Assembly: GCA_001275005.1 (NCBI GenBank)
Contig: JWZX01002856.1
Coordinates: 1-35,376, forward strand
Direction: 5' to 3'
DNA: 35,376 nt
Source: Chrysochromulina tobinii
Lineage: Eukaryota
Position 1 is the stretch's first letter, and each line of letters begins with the position of its first letter. Positions 10,031 to 21,500 of the stretch are shown piece by piece. The notes under the pieces are model-generated. The model did not search any database and had not been told where the DNA came from. It saw only the letters and a list, made by a program, of their open reading frames with translations. The translations under genes were made by a program, and so were the position numbers.

Positions 10031-10496
10031 ACGCGCGTCGCACTGTCTCGCGTGCGGGGACACCACAGGTGTGAAAGCACTGAGCAGTAACTCGCAAATC
10101 TAGAGTACGTCTAGTCGATCGTAAGTCGATCGCCGCTCGGTCGCTTGATCTTTTGTTTAACTCACCGTATACTCACGGTCACCCGTCAACACCGTACACC
10201 CGTCAGCGCGCAAGTCGAGCGGTACTAGGTACGCGCGTAGACCCAGGCGTAGACCACGACTCGCGAGATATCCCCCAGCAGGCAGCACACGACAAGGAAC
10301 AAGGTGGATGGTAGCGGTCGACCGGCCGCTTCAGTTCGGTCCGGTATACAAAGAGCCCCCGCAGGGCAGAGCAAACCATGAGTATCTCCTCCTCGAGGCC
10401 TCAACTCCTCGAGACTCTGCAGCCTGAAATGCTCTGTGTTCGGAGGAGTTGCGGGCGCTCGCGTCGCACATGCGAAAGTCCGCCCTTGCCCCGGCC

Positions 10497-13475
10497 TCAA
10501 CTCGGCTTCACCTTTCGCCGTACCCGCTTCCACGCCTTGGCCTCAAAGTCGAGCTTGAGCACAATCTCGTGCATGTCACCGTCGGCCTCGAGCACGAGCT
10601 CGCGCGCGCCGCTGTGGCCGCCGTCGAGGCAAAAGAAGGCGAGCGCTGGCTCGGCCACATCTGGCTCGACGGCTCTCAACGCGTCGCGCAGCGCATCCGG
10701 CACTTGCCCGAGTCGCCGATCTCGGCGCGCCTCCGGGTTCTCGGGCGGCGCTGCCGCACTTTCATCCGCCCCGTACTCCGCCGTGCCGCCCTCGCCTTCG
10801 ACCGCCATCGCCATCGATGCGGAAACAAAGGCAATGGGCCGCAAGGGCTGCGGCCTCGGCCCGCTCGGCGGCGGCGGCGCGCGGATTGCCTGTCCAATTG
10901 GCGGCGGGCCAGCAGGCAGCATCGGTGGCGGTGGCGAATAGTAGGGAGCCAGCTGCGATAGAGGCAGCGGAAGCCCGAGCGGCAGCGGATACGGGCCAGC
11001 ACCTGGGGCAACGCCGTGAGGGGAGGGTGGCGGCGGCCCGTGGTGGCCATAAGGATATGAAGGCGCGAGCAGCGGGTAGGGATGATTATTGTAGGGATGT
11101 GAGGAGCCCTTGCCGCCGTGCCTGTTCCAGTCATCGCGGTCACGATCACGGCGCCGATCGGACCCGCCGCCGCCGCCGCCCCTGTGCCAGTCATCGCGCC
11201 CACCGACCCAGTGGCGGCGACCGCCGCCGCGCTGTTGCTCCCACGGCGGCGGCTCGAAGCGGCCCTGGGATGGCTCGCCGCGCCGCATCTCCCCACCTCC
11301 GCCGTCTATCAGAGCAGACGACGAGTACGATCGATCACGGGGATCCTTTTGATCCTCGTGCGGCACATTCGGGTAACTCATCTCGAGCTGCTCCTCGGCC
11401 GGGAGCGGCTCGGGAGCGGGGTCGTCGGCCGACGTGTAGAGGAGCTGCCGGTCATCGGACGCTCGGCTCGAGAAGCGCGGCTGGACCATGAGCTTGGTCG
11501 TATGCACGCCGCGCTCCTTCATCATCGAGATGTTGCGCTCGTGACTCTCGAATCGACAGATGATGAGCACCGCGCCGATGCTGCCGCCACGCAGCCGGTT
11601 GGCGAGCCACTCGGCGCAGTGCGGTGTGCTCATGTAATGATAGTACACGTACGAGATCAGGGCGAGGTCGATCCGGCCCACACCGCTCGCCGCCATCAGC
11701 CCGTCGCCGTCGTTGACATCCCACTCGTCGAAGGCTAAGCCAAGGCCTTCTGCACAGGGCCGCCAGCTCGCCTCCAGGTCGAGCGACTTGAGCGTCACGG
11801 CCGCCGCGGGCAGGTACTCGTCGCAAAATGCCTTGGCCCCAAGCAGCTCGAAGCCCGGCCCTCCCCCGAGCGAGACGATCGAATACGGGATGCTGCCCGG
11901 CGCCGCGCCGTCGGCGGTGGCACGCTGCAGCTTCGCAAAGGCACCCTTATTGTACGCGCGCTGCATGCAAGCATACGACTCAGTGAAGCGCTGAATTGAC
12001 TTGAGGCGAAGGTACTCGATCTGCAGCCCCTTGTGCGCATAGTTCTCCTGCGACCAGGTGATGCCATGCTCACCCAGATTCGGTTTCTGCGCATAGATCT
12101 TCTCGCCGTCGGCACGCATCTCGGGCTCGGTCAGCTCGAGCGCTTTGATCATGCCCTCAAGCAGCGGCGCGGCCGTGCCAATCATGGCCTGGAGCAGCCC
12201 TGCCCCCTTAGCATTGGTACGGTAGGGCCACCTGCGACGCCGGTCCTGGAAGTACGTGAAGCCGCCACCCTCGTCACGCTGGAGCGCGCCAGCGAAGACG
12301 TCCTCGCCCTCGCCGCCCGCACCGCCCGCGACACCCGCACCGCCAGCGCCGCTGCTGTCGCCCCCTCGCTGCTGCCACCCACGCCCATCACGTCGCTCAT
12401 GTGGGCCGACTCGGGCCCACTCGGGCGGCACGGGCAGCGCCGGCATCGGCCCACCGAGCTTGGCTTGCAGCGCACGCAAGTACTCTTCGCGCCAGAGCCC
12501 CGGTGGTCGGATCGCCGCAAACATACCCAATGCGTCTATCAAGTTGTACCCATGCACGTCGCACAGGGCGCGGACCACGACATAGCCTGTACGATTGAGC
12601 CCATGCGTGCAGTGGACGATGGCAAGCGAATTCGATGCCTGTTCCACCGTGTCCGTGGCGGGCTCGGCTGGTGCCCCAGCATCCGTCATCTGTCGCAGGG
12701 CGGCGTAGATCTCCTCCATCTGCTCCTCGGTGGGCACGTCACGGCCGGGGGTTTTCACCTTGAGGTGGCGCACACCCTGGCCCAGCTCGGCGGGCGAATA
12801 GTAACGGTCCGTCGCCGTCAAGTCGATGACAAGGCGCACGTTGGCGCCGCCGCACGCTGTGATGCACAACGCTGGCGTCCAACGCTGCTCAGGTAGAAGC
12901 TGCGCGTCGTATTCGGACGAGAGCGGCGTCTTCACCGGACACATGCCGTGTATGCTGGCCCCGCCGCTCGAGCTCTCGCGCCAACCCTCAGGTATGCTCG
13001 CACCACGAGGCACATGATAATCTCCACCCTTGCCAATGAAGTTTGATGGCGGCGGGGGCAATGGAGGAAATGGCGGTGGTGGCAGCGGAGGCGGTGGCGG
13101 CGGAGGTGGTGGCGGCGGAGGTGGAAGTTCGGGCTCGCTATTCGTCGCAAACGTCGCCGGCGGTGCTGCTGCGGGAGGTGCGGCAGATGGCGCCTTCTTA
13201 GGGATGCGGAAGCGCGAGGACGTGGTCACTTTCTTTGGCTCTTCCTCGCCACCTACCTCCGCGGCGCCTTCAATGCTGACCGCTGCCGCTTTCGGCTCCT
13301 CCGGCTCACGCTCCCGCTTTCGGCTCATGCTGACCGCAGCTGCGTCAGCCACTTTCTTTGGCTCTTCCTCGCCACCTACCTCCGCGGCGCCTTCAATGCT
13401 GACCGCTGCCGCTTTCGGCTCCTCCGGCTCACGCTCCCGCTTTCGGCTCATGCTGACCGCAGCTGCGTCAGCCAT
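10497..13475 (-). CDS. Cysteine-phosphatase-type RNA 5'-triphosphatase domain (DUSP11/RNGTT-N-like) fused to a SAM-dependent methyltransferase-like domain, with RG/Pro-rich C-terminal region
   Basis: Triphosphatase motifs PVKTPL, LVIDLTATDRYY and the catalytic loop HCTHGLNRTGY (12582-12614). A Rossmann-MTase-like series follows: IVSLGGGPGFE, SLDLEASW, WDV, DLALISYVYYHY. Confidence 0.82.
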   Translation of the reverse strand: MADAAAVSMSRKREREPEEPKAAAVSIEGAAEVGGEEEPKKVADAAAVSMSRKREREPEEPKAAAVSIEGAAEVGGEEEPKKVTTSSRFRIPKKAPSAAPPAAAPPATFATNSEPELPPPPPPPPPPPPPLPPPPFPPLPPPPSNFIGKGGDYHVPRGASIPEGWRESSSGGASIHGMCPVKTPLSSEYDAQLLPEQRWTPALCITACGGANVRLVIDLTATDRYYSPAELGQGVRHLKVKTPGRDVPTEEQMEEIYAALRQMTDAGAPAEPATDTVEQASNSLAIVHCTHGLNRTGYVVVRALCDVHGYNLIDALGMFAAIRPPGLWREEYLRALQAKLGGPMPALPVPPEWARVGPHERRDGRGWQQRGGDSSGAGGAGVAGGAGGEGEDVFAGALQRDEGGGFTYFQDRRRRWPYRTNAKGAGLLQAMIGTAAPLLEGMIKALELTEPEMRADGEKIYAQKPNLGEHGITWSQENYAHKGLQIEYLRLKSIQRFTESYACMQRAYNKGAFAKLQRATADGAAPGSIPYSIVSLGGGPGFELLGAKAFCDEYLPAAAVTLKSLDLEASWRPCAEGLGLAFDEWDVNDGDGLMAASGVGRIDLALISYVYYHYMSTPHCAEWLANRLRGGSIGAVLIICRFESHERNISMMKERGVHTTKLMVQPRFSSRASDDRQLLYTSADDPAPEPLPAEEQLEMSYPNVPHEDQKDPRDRSYSSSALIDGGGGEMRRGEPSQGRFEPPPWEQQRGGGRRHWVGGRDDWHRGGGGGGSDRRRDRDRDDWNRHGGKGSSHPYNNHPYPLLAPSYPYGHHGPPPPSPHGVAPGAGPYPLPLGLPLPLSQLAPYYSPPPPMLPAGPPPIGQAIRAPPPPSGPRPQPLRPIAFVSASMAMAVEGEGGTAEYGADESAAAPPENPEARRDRRLGQVPDALRDALRAVEPDVAEPALAFFCLDGGHSGARELVLEADGDMHEIVLKLDFEAKAWKRVRRKVKPS
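13227..13472. repeat. Perfect 123-bp tandem duplication (2 copies, 41 aa) at the 5' end of the triphosphatase gene
   Basis: 13227-13349 and 13350-13472 read as identical; each encodes ADAAAVSMSRKREREPEEPKAAAVSIEGAAEVGGEEEPKKV. Confidence 0.93.
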
Positions 13476-13735
13476 TCTGCACCGGTGCGTTGCTCACGTT
13501 TGTCAACTCGTTCTATAGTAAGCTCAGCGCACGAAGCCGCGGCTCGAGGTTCGATAATAAAAGGTGTGAATTGTACTGTGAACGGTCGCATGGAAGTACA
13601 ACGCATTAGATCGCAGTTTTATCGCAGCCTGGGACACAGGTCACAGCGCCACGCCGGTGCTCCTGAACGCTCGGAGAGCCTGACACATATCAGTAACTCG
13701 TCGCAGTACGCAGATTGCCGTTTGCCTCGACGTCC

Positions 13736-15334
13736 TCACGTGCTGCCGAACTCGGCATCCCACTTTGCATACCGCTCGGCGGCATGGACCGTGGGCCGAG
13801 TCGCGCTGAGTGCGGCGTCGAGGTCCTCGGCGGAGACGGGCCCGGGTTTGGGCGGCGTGACAAGTGCGCGCCCGCTCGGTGCGTCGAGGTCGAGCGTGGC
13901 GAGCAGCCGTCGGAGCGGTCGCATCGCCGCCTCCTTGGCGACGAGGACGAGGTCTGAGCCCGAGTAGCCCTCCGTGCGCATTGCGATCTCATCGAGGCTG
14001 GCGTTCTTTGCGAGGCGGTCGGCGGGGAGCACGCGCTTCAGGATACTCGAGCGCGCCTCTGGCGTTGGATAAGGCACCAGAACACGCTTCTCGAGGCGGC
14101 GGAGCAGCGCCATGTCGAGCTCCCATGGCAGATTTGTCGCAGCAAGCAGGAAGACTTGCTCGGACGAGGCGAGCAGCCCGTCCATCTGGACGAGCAGCTC
14201 CGTCTTCATGCGGCGTGAGCCCTCATGCTCGCCCGCGTCGCCTCGGGCGCTCATGAGCGCGTCGATCTCGTCGACAAAGATGGTCGAGGGCGCGTGGTGG
14301 CGGGCGAGCTCGAAGAGCACACGTACGAGCTTCTCCGAGTCGCCGCGCCACTTGGAGACAATCGATGAGGCGGAGATGTTGAAGAAGGTGGTATTGCACT
14401 CGGTGGCGACCGCCTTGGCGAGCAGCGTCTTACCGGTACCCGGCGGGCCGTAGAGCAGCACACCCTTCCAAGGCTGCAGCAGGCCGGTGAAGTACTCCGG
14501 GTACCGAAGCGGCATGACGAGCGATTCCTTCAGGACGCGTTTGACGCCGTCCGAGCCGGCGACGTCGCCCCAGCGCACGTTCGGGTTCGTCTGGATCATG
14601 TCGCGCTGCAGCCAGCCGGCCAGCTCACGTAGTTCCGCATTGGCTGCCATCGCAGGCGGCAGCCCCGCCTTGCGGATGCGATGCTCCCACGGGTCATCAC
14701 CCTCGCTCTGTGAGCGCGTGAGCGCCTTGCCTGGCTGCTGCCCGCTGACCACCAGGCTCGTCGGATCCAGGCCGCCACCCGCGCCGCTGCCCGGGTCCGT
14801 GCGCTGCCCATGCACGCCATTCTCCTTGCCAGGGCCGCCACCTACCATCGGCAGGCTTGGTGGCGGCGCGGGCGGCCTCGCACGCCGGCCGGCAACGGGC
14901 GCCGCGCCGCGGGCCGACGAGCTGCCGTCGTCGACTGGCTCGTCGGCGGGTGCGCCAGCCGCCGAGCCAGCCGCACCAGTGCTCGACCTCCGCGCACGTG
15001 CGGCCGCAGCGCCGCGTGCTGCGCCTGTAGGTCCATCGACCGCCGCAGAGAACTTGGAGAGCTTTTTGACGAGTGTTGGCTTGCGCGCGAAGCGCAGCTC
15101 GTAGTAATCCTCGAACTCTTGCAACACCTGGATGAGCTCAATGTTGTCGGCGATCTCGTACTGCGCTTGCGTCACGCCGGACTCTGCCTGCAGAGCCTCG
15201 ACGGAGCCCGTGTAGCCCGACTGGGTGAGGTGGTGCAGAATGAGTACGATGAGGTTCTTGCCGCGTTCGGCGCGCCGCTTCTCCTCGAGTAGGCGGCTCT
15301 CGTGCTCGGCGCGGGTTCGAGTCGCTGTAGCCAT
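13736..15334 (-). CDS. KATNAL2: Katanin p60 ATPase-containing subunit A-like 2 (LisH + AAA ATPase)
   Basis: N-terminal LisH-like KNLIVLILHHL...GY...ESG...ADNIEL...EFEDYY...F.RKP. Walker A GPPGTGKT, pore loop SKWRGDSEKLVR, Walker B IFVDEID, EHEGSRRMKTELLVQMDG, and ATNLPWELD..LLRRLEKR. Confidence 0.93.
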   Translation of the reverse strand: MATATRTRAEHESRLLEEKRRAERGKNLIVLILHHLTQSGYTGSVEALQAESGVTQAQYEIADNIELIQVLQEFEDYYELRFARKPTLVKKLSKFSAAVDGPTGAARGAAAARARRSSTGAAGSAAGAPADEPVDDGSSSARGAAPVAGRRARPPAPPPSLPMVGGGPGKENGVHGQRTDPGSGAGGGLDPTSLVVSGQQPGKALTRSQSEGDDPWEHRIRKAGLPPAMAANAELRELAGWLQRDMIQTNPNVRWGDVAGSDGVKRVLKESLVMPLRYPEYFTGLLQPWKGVLLYGPPGTGKTLLAKAVATECNTTFFNISASSIVSKWRGDSEKLVRVLFELARHHAPSTIFVDEIDALMSARGDAGEHEGSRRMKTELLVQMDGLLASSEQVFLLAATNLPWELDMALLRRLEKRVLVPYPTPEARSSILKRVLPADRLAKNASLDEIAMRTEGYSGSDLVLVAKEAAMRPLRRLLATLDLDAPSGRALVTPPKPGPVSAEDLDAALSATRPTVHAAERYAKWDAEFGST

Positions 15335-15538
15335 CGCGTGGCCGTTGAGGGCCGTTGGGCCGTTTCACATTCACGCAAATCGTCAAGACAAGTCGAGTCG
15401 TTTCAAAAAGCCAGCCCCCAGTTCACTTAGGAAACACAAGTTTCGTCCAAGAGAGGACGTGGGGCCCGCCCGGACAAGTTCTCCACCGCGGAGCTCCCGC
15501 CCCTGTGAGGCAACACCGAAACTTGCGCATCAGCGGCG
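15335..15538. promoter_or_regulatory. Short divergent intergenic region, putative bidirectional promoter
   Basis: About 200 bp between the head-to-head starts of KATNAL2 (-) and the BEACH gene (+), with lower GC than the flanking CDSs. No specific motif identified. Confidence 0.45.
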
Positions 15539-18500
15539 ATGGCGATGCTTGCGCGAATAGACGCGCTGTTAACGGAAGCGTCGCCGGTTCATGCGAAAGG
15601 GCGAATCCAAAAGCGCGACGCCATCCACACGCTCGTTCAGAACGTGCCCCATTTTACGCAACCGATGCAGCAAATCGCGCTCCGCCGGCTGCGGCAGCTC
15701 GTCGACCGCTCGCTCTACAACCAGGAGGTGTGCACTTCGGGCCTGCAGCTCGTCTCCGTCATGCTGCGATGGCTCTCTCCCGACCAGCCCGCATTGGCGC
15801 CAGCCGTGCTCGACGAGATGCTCAACCTCCTCGGTGACCTTGGTGGCTACCGTGCGACGCCTCACGAGCTCCAAAAGCTCTTTGAGTTGCTGCAGGCGGG
15901 GCTCGTCGCGTTGGCTTCGGAGCCCCAGGAGGAAGAGGTGCAGCCTCCGGGGTCTCCCTCGGAGGTGCTCACACGTGTGGGGCCGGAGCAACTTTTGCGG
16001 CTCCTCCTCCGCTGGTGTGAACGCACCTACCAGGACGATGACTCGTTGCACGCCAGCCCGATGGCGCCGCAGATGTGCTTCGACTTCAACGGCGTCGGCG
16101 GGGGACTCACGCTGCCGTCGGAGCTCGCCGTGGAGCTCGTGGCGCGGGGCGCTTTCACACTGGGGGGCTGGCTGCGCTACGAGGAGACGAGCGGGTCCGA
16201 CGACATGCTCCTCTTCTCGGGATTCGCCCCCGGGGGGGACACAGGCTTCGAGATCTTTCTACAGCCCTCGCTCTCGCAGATCGCGATCCGCGTGATCGGT
16301 GGCTCGACGAGCGGGGCATCCAAGCTGATGATGCGCCGCCCATCTCGCAACCCTTCTCAAGAGACTTGCCATCTGATGGGCGTCGAGCTCAAGCCCGGCA
16401 AATGGCACTTGCTCCTGGTCTCCATGCGCAAGAAGCCCACGATGGTCGGACGGCACGAGGCGATCGTCTTCGTCGATGGCAAGCGGCTGCAGACGGCGCC
16501 TTGCGCTTACCCGGGCTCGCTGGCGGCGGACAAGGCGAGTGACCGAGCGACTGGCTTCGCGACGTGCTACTTCTACGTGGGCGCGAATCAAAGCAAGCCC
16601 CACGAACCCCTCAGCCCGGGGAACAGCTCAGTTGCATACCAAGTGGCGGGCGGTGGATTTACGGGGCAACTGGGCTCCATCCTGCTGCTCAAGGGCTGTC
16701 CGAGCGACGTTGAGGCGGCGGCACTCTTCCACGCGGGCACGCAGTGCGCCGACCCGGAGAGTGTGTGCGCCGCCGCCTCCACCCCAAGCGCAGGTGGATT
16801 GATCTCTGGAAGATCCGCAACCGTCGTCGCCGTCTTCGCGGCGCAAACGGCCCACGACAAGGAGTGTACGTCCGTCTGCGGCGCCGTCGACCGGAGCGCC
16901 AACATGGTCGACGGCGTGGCCGTGCTGCGCCCGCTCGATGTGCGCGCCTCGCTCGGCGGCCCGCTCTCCCTCCTGCCTCTGATCGAGCAGACGGCCCTCT
17001 CGATGCGGGAGCGCAGAGGGGGCGATGGTCCTGGCCCCCTCTCGCTCGTCCTCCATGCGCTCACGGCCATCATCCGCGGCGACCCCATCTACCGGATCGA
17101 GCTGGAGCGCACCGACACAGTCGGCATGCTTGGCCACCTGTTGCTCACCTGCCCGGCTCGGACCGTTGACGCCGACCTTCTCGCCGCCATCATGGCCCTC
17201 GACACCGCGCTCGAGGGGAGTTCGGAGCTCTCGGATCAATTGTTGCAGCACGTGCTGCTCCGCGTGGGGCTGTGGGCGCAGGGCGGCGCGGTCATCATGC
17301 TCCCGCTGTTGCGTCAGCTCTACCGCCTGGCGGGGCAGCGGCCTGAGCAGTGGCAACGCACCGACGCCCTCGCGCGCATGTTTGACGAGCTCGTGGCGGT
17401 CTTGCCGTGGGCCACGCGTGGCCCGGTGTCCTTCTCCACGGCCGCGGTGGCCTTCGCCGCATCTACAGCCGTGCCCTCGTCGCCTTCGTCGCCGGCTGCG
17501 GCGACGCTGCCGACTCCACCGTCGCCGCCACTGTCCGTCCACTCCAGCGATCCCGAAGTGGCCGATCCCTCGGAACGTGACGTGGCCGCAGCCGCGAGCC
17601 CCGAGGTCCCAAAGACTTATTGGGTGGAGAGCATGGACGGCACGGGCTGCGAGTACTCGGAGCCGGAGCTGCACGCGGTGTGGGATGGCGCCTTTGACGT
17701 CCTCTGCTCGGTCGCGGATACGTCGCAGGGCCTCACGAAGGCGCAGCTCGCGTGCCTGGTGCACTTGACGCTGAAGAGTGGCTCGCGTGGCATCCTGGCA
17801 GGCCTCTTGCGCACGCTGCTTGTGCGCACCTTTGCAAAGGACTTGCGCCTGATCGAGATGGTTCTCGAAGGTGGCACCTCGAGCCTCGCCTTTGCCATCT
17901 GCGCCGCCATGCAAGCAGAGACGCAATCGGGTAGCACTGGCCTGCCTCGCCGTGGCCCATCCGCGTGCGACACGGAGCTCCTCGCACTCTTCGTCAAATT
18001 CCTCGGCCGGCTGCTCGCCCTCGGCATGCCGATGGCTTCGGCTCCCGCCGGCCAGCCGCTGCCCGCGTCGGCAGAGCTCCCCGCCGCTGCCCGCTGGGTT
18101 CAGCAGACAAGCTGGGCCAAGGGCGGATGGGCATGGCTCGGACATCTTCTCCTGGGCGCAACGCCAGACTCGATGCTTCTCGAGGCTCTCACCCAGCTGC
18201 TTTTGGGCAACGTGCAAAAGCCGCGCGGGCGCGGCTCCCTGGCGCGCCATTTCAGCCACGGCATTGAGGACGACGAGATTGTCAACGTGATCGGCTTGCA
18301 GGACGACCGCGCACAGGTCTTCATAGCGCCGCAGGTGCTCGTGCCGCTGCTTCATCTGAGCAGCCGCGCGCCGCCGAAGCTGCAGCACTGTATGGTGCTC
18401 AACCTGAGCCTCTGGCTGCATCACTCGCCCGAGTCGCAGAACCACCTGATGCTCATGCAGCAACTTGGCTGGCAGCTACCCGTCTGCACTATCCTCAACG

Positions 18501-21500
18501 GCACGAATGACCCTGACCGCGCTTCCCACGCGCTGTGCGTACGACTCATCTCAGAGCACATGGTGGCGGCCATCCGGCACCCCGGGGACGAGGGATGGGC
18601 CGAGGTGCTGCGCACAGTCGCCTTCCTCGAGACGCACACGACTGAGCCCACCCAGCTCAAGCGCAGCACTTTCGTCAAGGTGCTCGAGTTGCTCCGCGGC
18701 GCACTGCCCATCCCCAAGAACGGCACCCCCTTTAGCGACGCGTCGCTCGCCCTCTGGGCCAACGTGCTGCGCTTCGGCCTTCTCGTTGAGGAGTCGTTCG
18801 CCGTCTTCGACCCGAATAACACGTCCGAGCAGCCCACGCAGCCTGGCGAGCGCCGCGTCGCGAAAGCGGGGATTGTGAGCCGCCTGCTCGGCGGAACCAC
18901 GCCGCGCTCCGCTCAGAACGCGAGCGGCACGCGAGGCAAGCTGCCTGCGACGGCGACACCATCGACGGGTACCACGGCCTCCCAGCAGCCTGGGCAGTCC
19001 TTTGAGGTGGAGCTCGAGGCCGACGCCTTGGTCGCTCGGCTGCTCGCCGAGAATCCTGTCCCTCCCCCTCCCCCTCCCCCTGCCCCGAACCCTACGAGCG
19101 ACATCGGCGACATTTGGAACGGGGGCGTCTCTACGACGATGGGTGCCGCGGGCGCGGCCGGTTTGGACTTTTTCGGCTTCGGCAAAGAGCAAGAAGTGCA
19201 GGCGCATCTGCAAGAGGTAGAGCAATGGCAGAAGAAGGCGCAGGACGACGTGGCATTCCAGGCGTCGCTTCCGCAGCTGCCGCCGCTCACGAAGCATCTG
19301 CGCCGGCGTGAGGACGGCATCTGGGAGGACGAGGAGCTTGCGGTGCGCATGCTCCAGCTGATCGAACCACTGATCGTGCAGGCGATCGTCGAGCCGCTCG
19401 TGAGCCACATGCTCCACATGAGCGCCGCCGCCCTCTCGTCAAGCGGCTCGTCAAGTGGCGGCGGCCTCTCAATTGCGCGTTTCATCTCGATGGTGGGCAT
19501 GGGCGGCTCGAGTGGGCCGGGCGGCGCCCGTACCGACCTGGACGCGAATGACACGCTGTGCGACGTTGCCGTGCGCCTGCTGCTGCTCGTGCTCGTCGAG
19601 GCCGATGCTCGGAAGAGCCCACCGCTGGCCGCCACCGCTGGAGCTGCTAGCAGTGGCGACGGCGCTGATGGTTGTGGTGGCGCCAACGGCGACGGCCACG
19701 ACCACGGCCATGGAATCGCGAGCGGCGAAGGTTCGCCATCGCTGCCCAAGTACATCGAGCTCGGGCTCGATCCGGCGCGACAGCTGCAGGAGCTGCTGCT
19801 CTGTGCCGCGTGCTGGTGCCAGAAGCCCATCGGGCCCGAGGAGGGGGCTCATGCCGAGAAGAAGGAGTTGCAGCAGCAGCAGCTCAGCGCGGCGCTTGCG
19901 CGTCTCATGCAGGCGTGGTCATGCTGCGATGGCAAGAAGACTACGCGTGATGTGGCTGGAGGGCACACCGAGCTGCTGCCCGCCGTGGTGCCCGCCATCA
20001 AGGGCTTACTGCGTTTCGGCGCCTCGGGCAGTCGCGAGCTCGCTGGGCTCATGCATCTGCCGTGCTTGCAAGCGGAGCCGCCAACGAGTGAAGCCGGGCG
20101 CATCGAGACGCTGCAGCGCTTCGTCGATGACTACACGCAGTGGCGCGGGCTGTTACTGCGCAAGCCTTTTGTGGACGGGCTGCGCGCGCTTGAAATGGCC
20201 GACGCGCCCCCCAATGTGGCGACCGACAAGTGGACTGGCCGGCAGCTCCGCCTCTTCGATCAGCAGGACGCGACGAAGCGAGAACAACGCACCCTTTGCG
20301 AAAAGGTGCAGAGGGACTCTTTGGCTGCATTCAAGGCGCTCAGTGCCGAGGTGCAGCCGCGCGCGGCGATCACGCGATCCGTGATCGCGCGCACGCGTGC
20401 TGCGGTGAGCCAGCAGTGGGCTTGGGTGCGCCATTGCCTGTATGACGATCACCCGATCTGGGGGCGGTGCCGCACCTCGAGCAGCACAGACCTGCTGCCA
20501 CTCGAGCAGCTCGGGCCTCCGGCAGGCGCCTCGGGCGAGATCACCTACCGGCTGTGTGACTGGCTCGATGCGCAGCGGCGCCACTTCGTCGTCGTGCCCG
20601 AGCTCCACCAACCAGAGTACCGCAAGGACAAGGAGAAGACCGCTGGTAGTCGCAAGGCGGCGCTGGGCAGCGAAGGCAACGCGGCATCAGGAGCGGCGGA
20701 GGCGGTCGCCGGCGGCGGCGCGGCGACCCAGGCGGTGGCCGACTCGCACGCCGGCGAGGGCGGCGAGAGGGTGACGGGCATGATTGGCTCCGCGGGCAAG
20801 CTGCTCTCGTCGGTCGCGCTGTCGATCATCCCCAAAGGGGTTCCGGCAGAGGATGTGCCCGATGAGGTGGCCGACGAGGGTGCGGACGAGGATGAGGACG
20901 AGGACGAGGGCGAGGAAGCTGACGATGAGGATGGCAGCCTCGGCGCGCTGATCGGCTCGGACGTCTTCGATCGGCCGTTTTTCCAGACAGATGCCGAGCT
21001 CGTACGACCGTACGGCGTGCTCCAGGGCAAGCTGTACATCTCGGACCGGACCGTGCGCTTCCTCGCGATGGGCGGCAGCGGCGAGGCGGCACCCAAGGAC
21101 GCTAAGGACGTGGCAACCCTGAGCTCCGTCTGCAGTGCAGCCATGGCGCGCGACAGCGCACTCGCGTGGCCGCTCGCCTCGGTCAAGCAGATGCATCGGC
21201 GTCGGTATCTGATGGAGCAATCGGCGCTCGAGCTCTTCGACGACGCGGTCGACATGCTGCTCTTCAACTTCAAGTCGAAGCGACTGCGCTCGCGCGTACG
21301 CAGCTGGATCAAGAAGAAGAGCATGCTCGAGTACCGCGACCGCGACCGCGGGACTCGGGGCTTCCGCGAGCAGCTGCATGAGCTGCAGGAGCGCTGGCAG
21401 CGGCGCGAGCTGTCCAATTTTGAGTACCTGATGCGCCTCAACGAGCTCGCGGGTCGCTCGCACAATGACACGAACCAGTACCCCGTCTTCCCCTGGGTAC

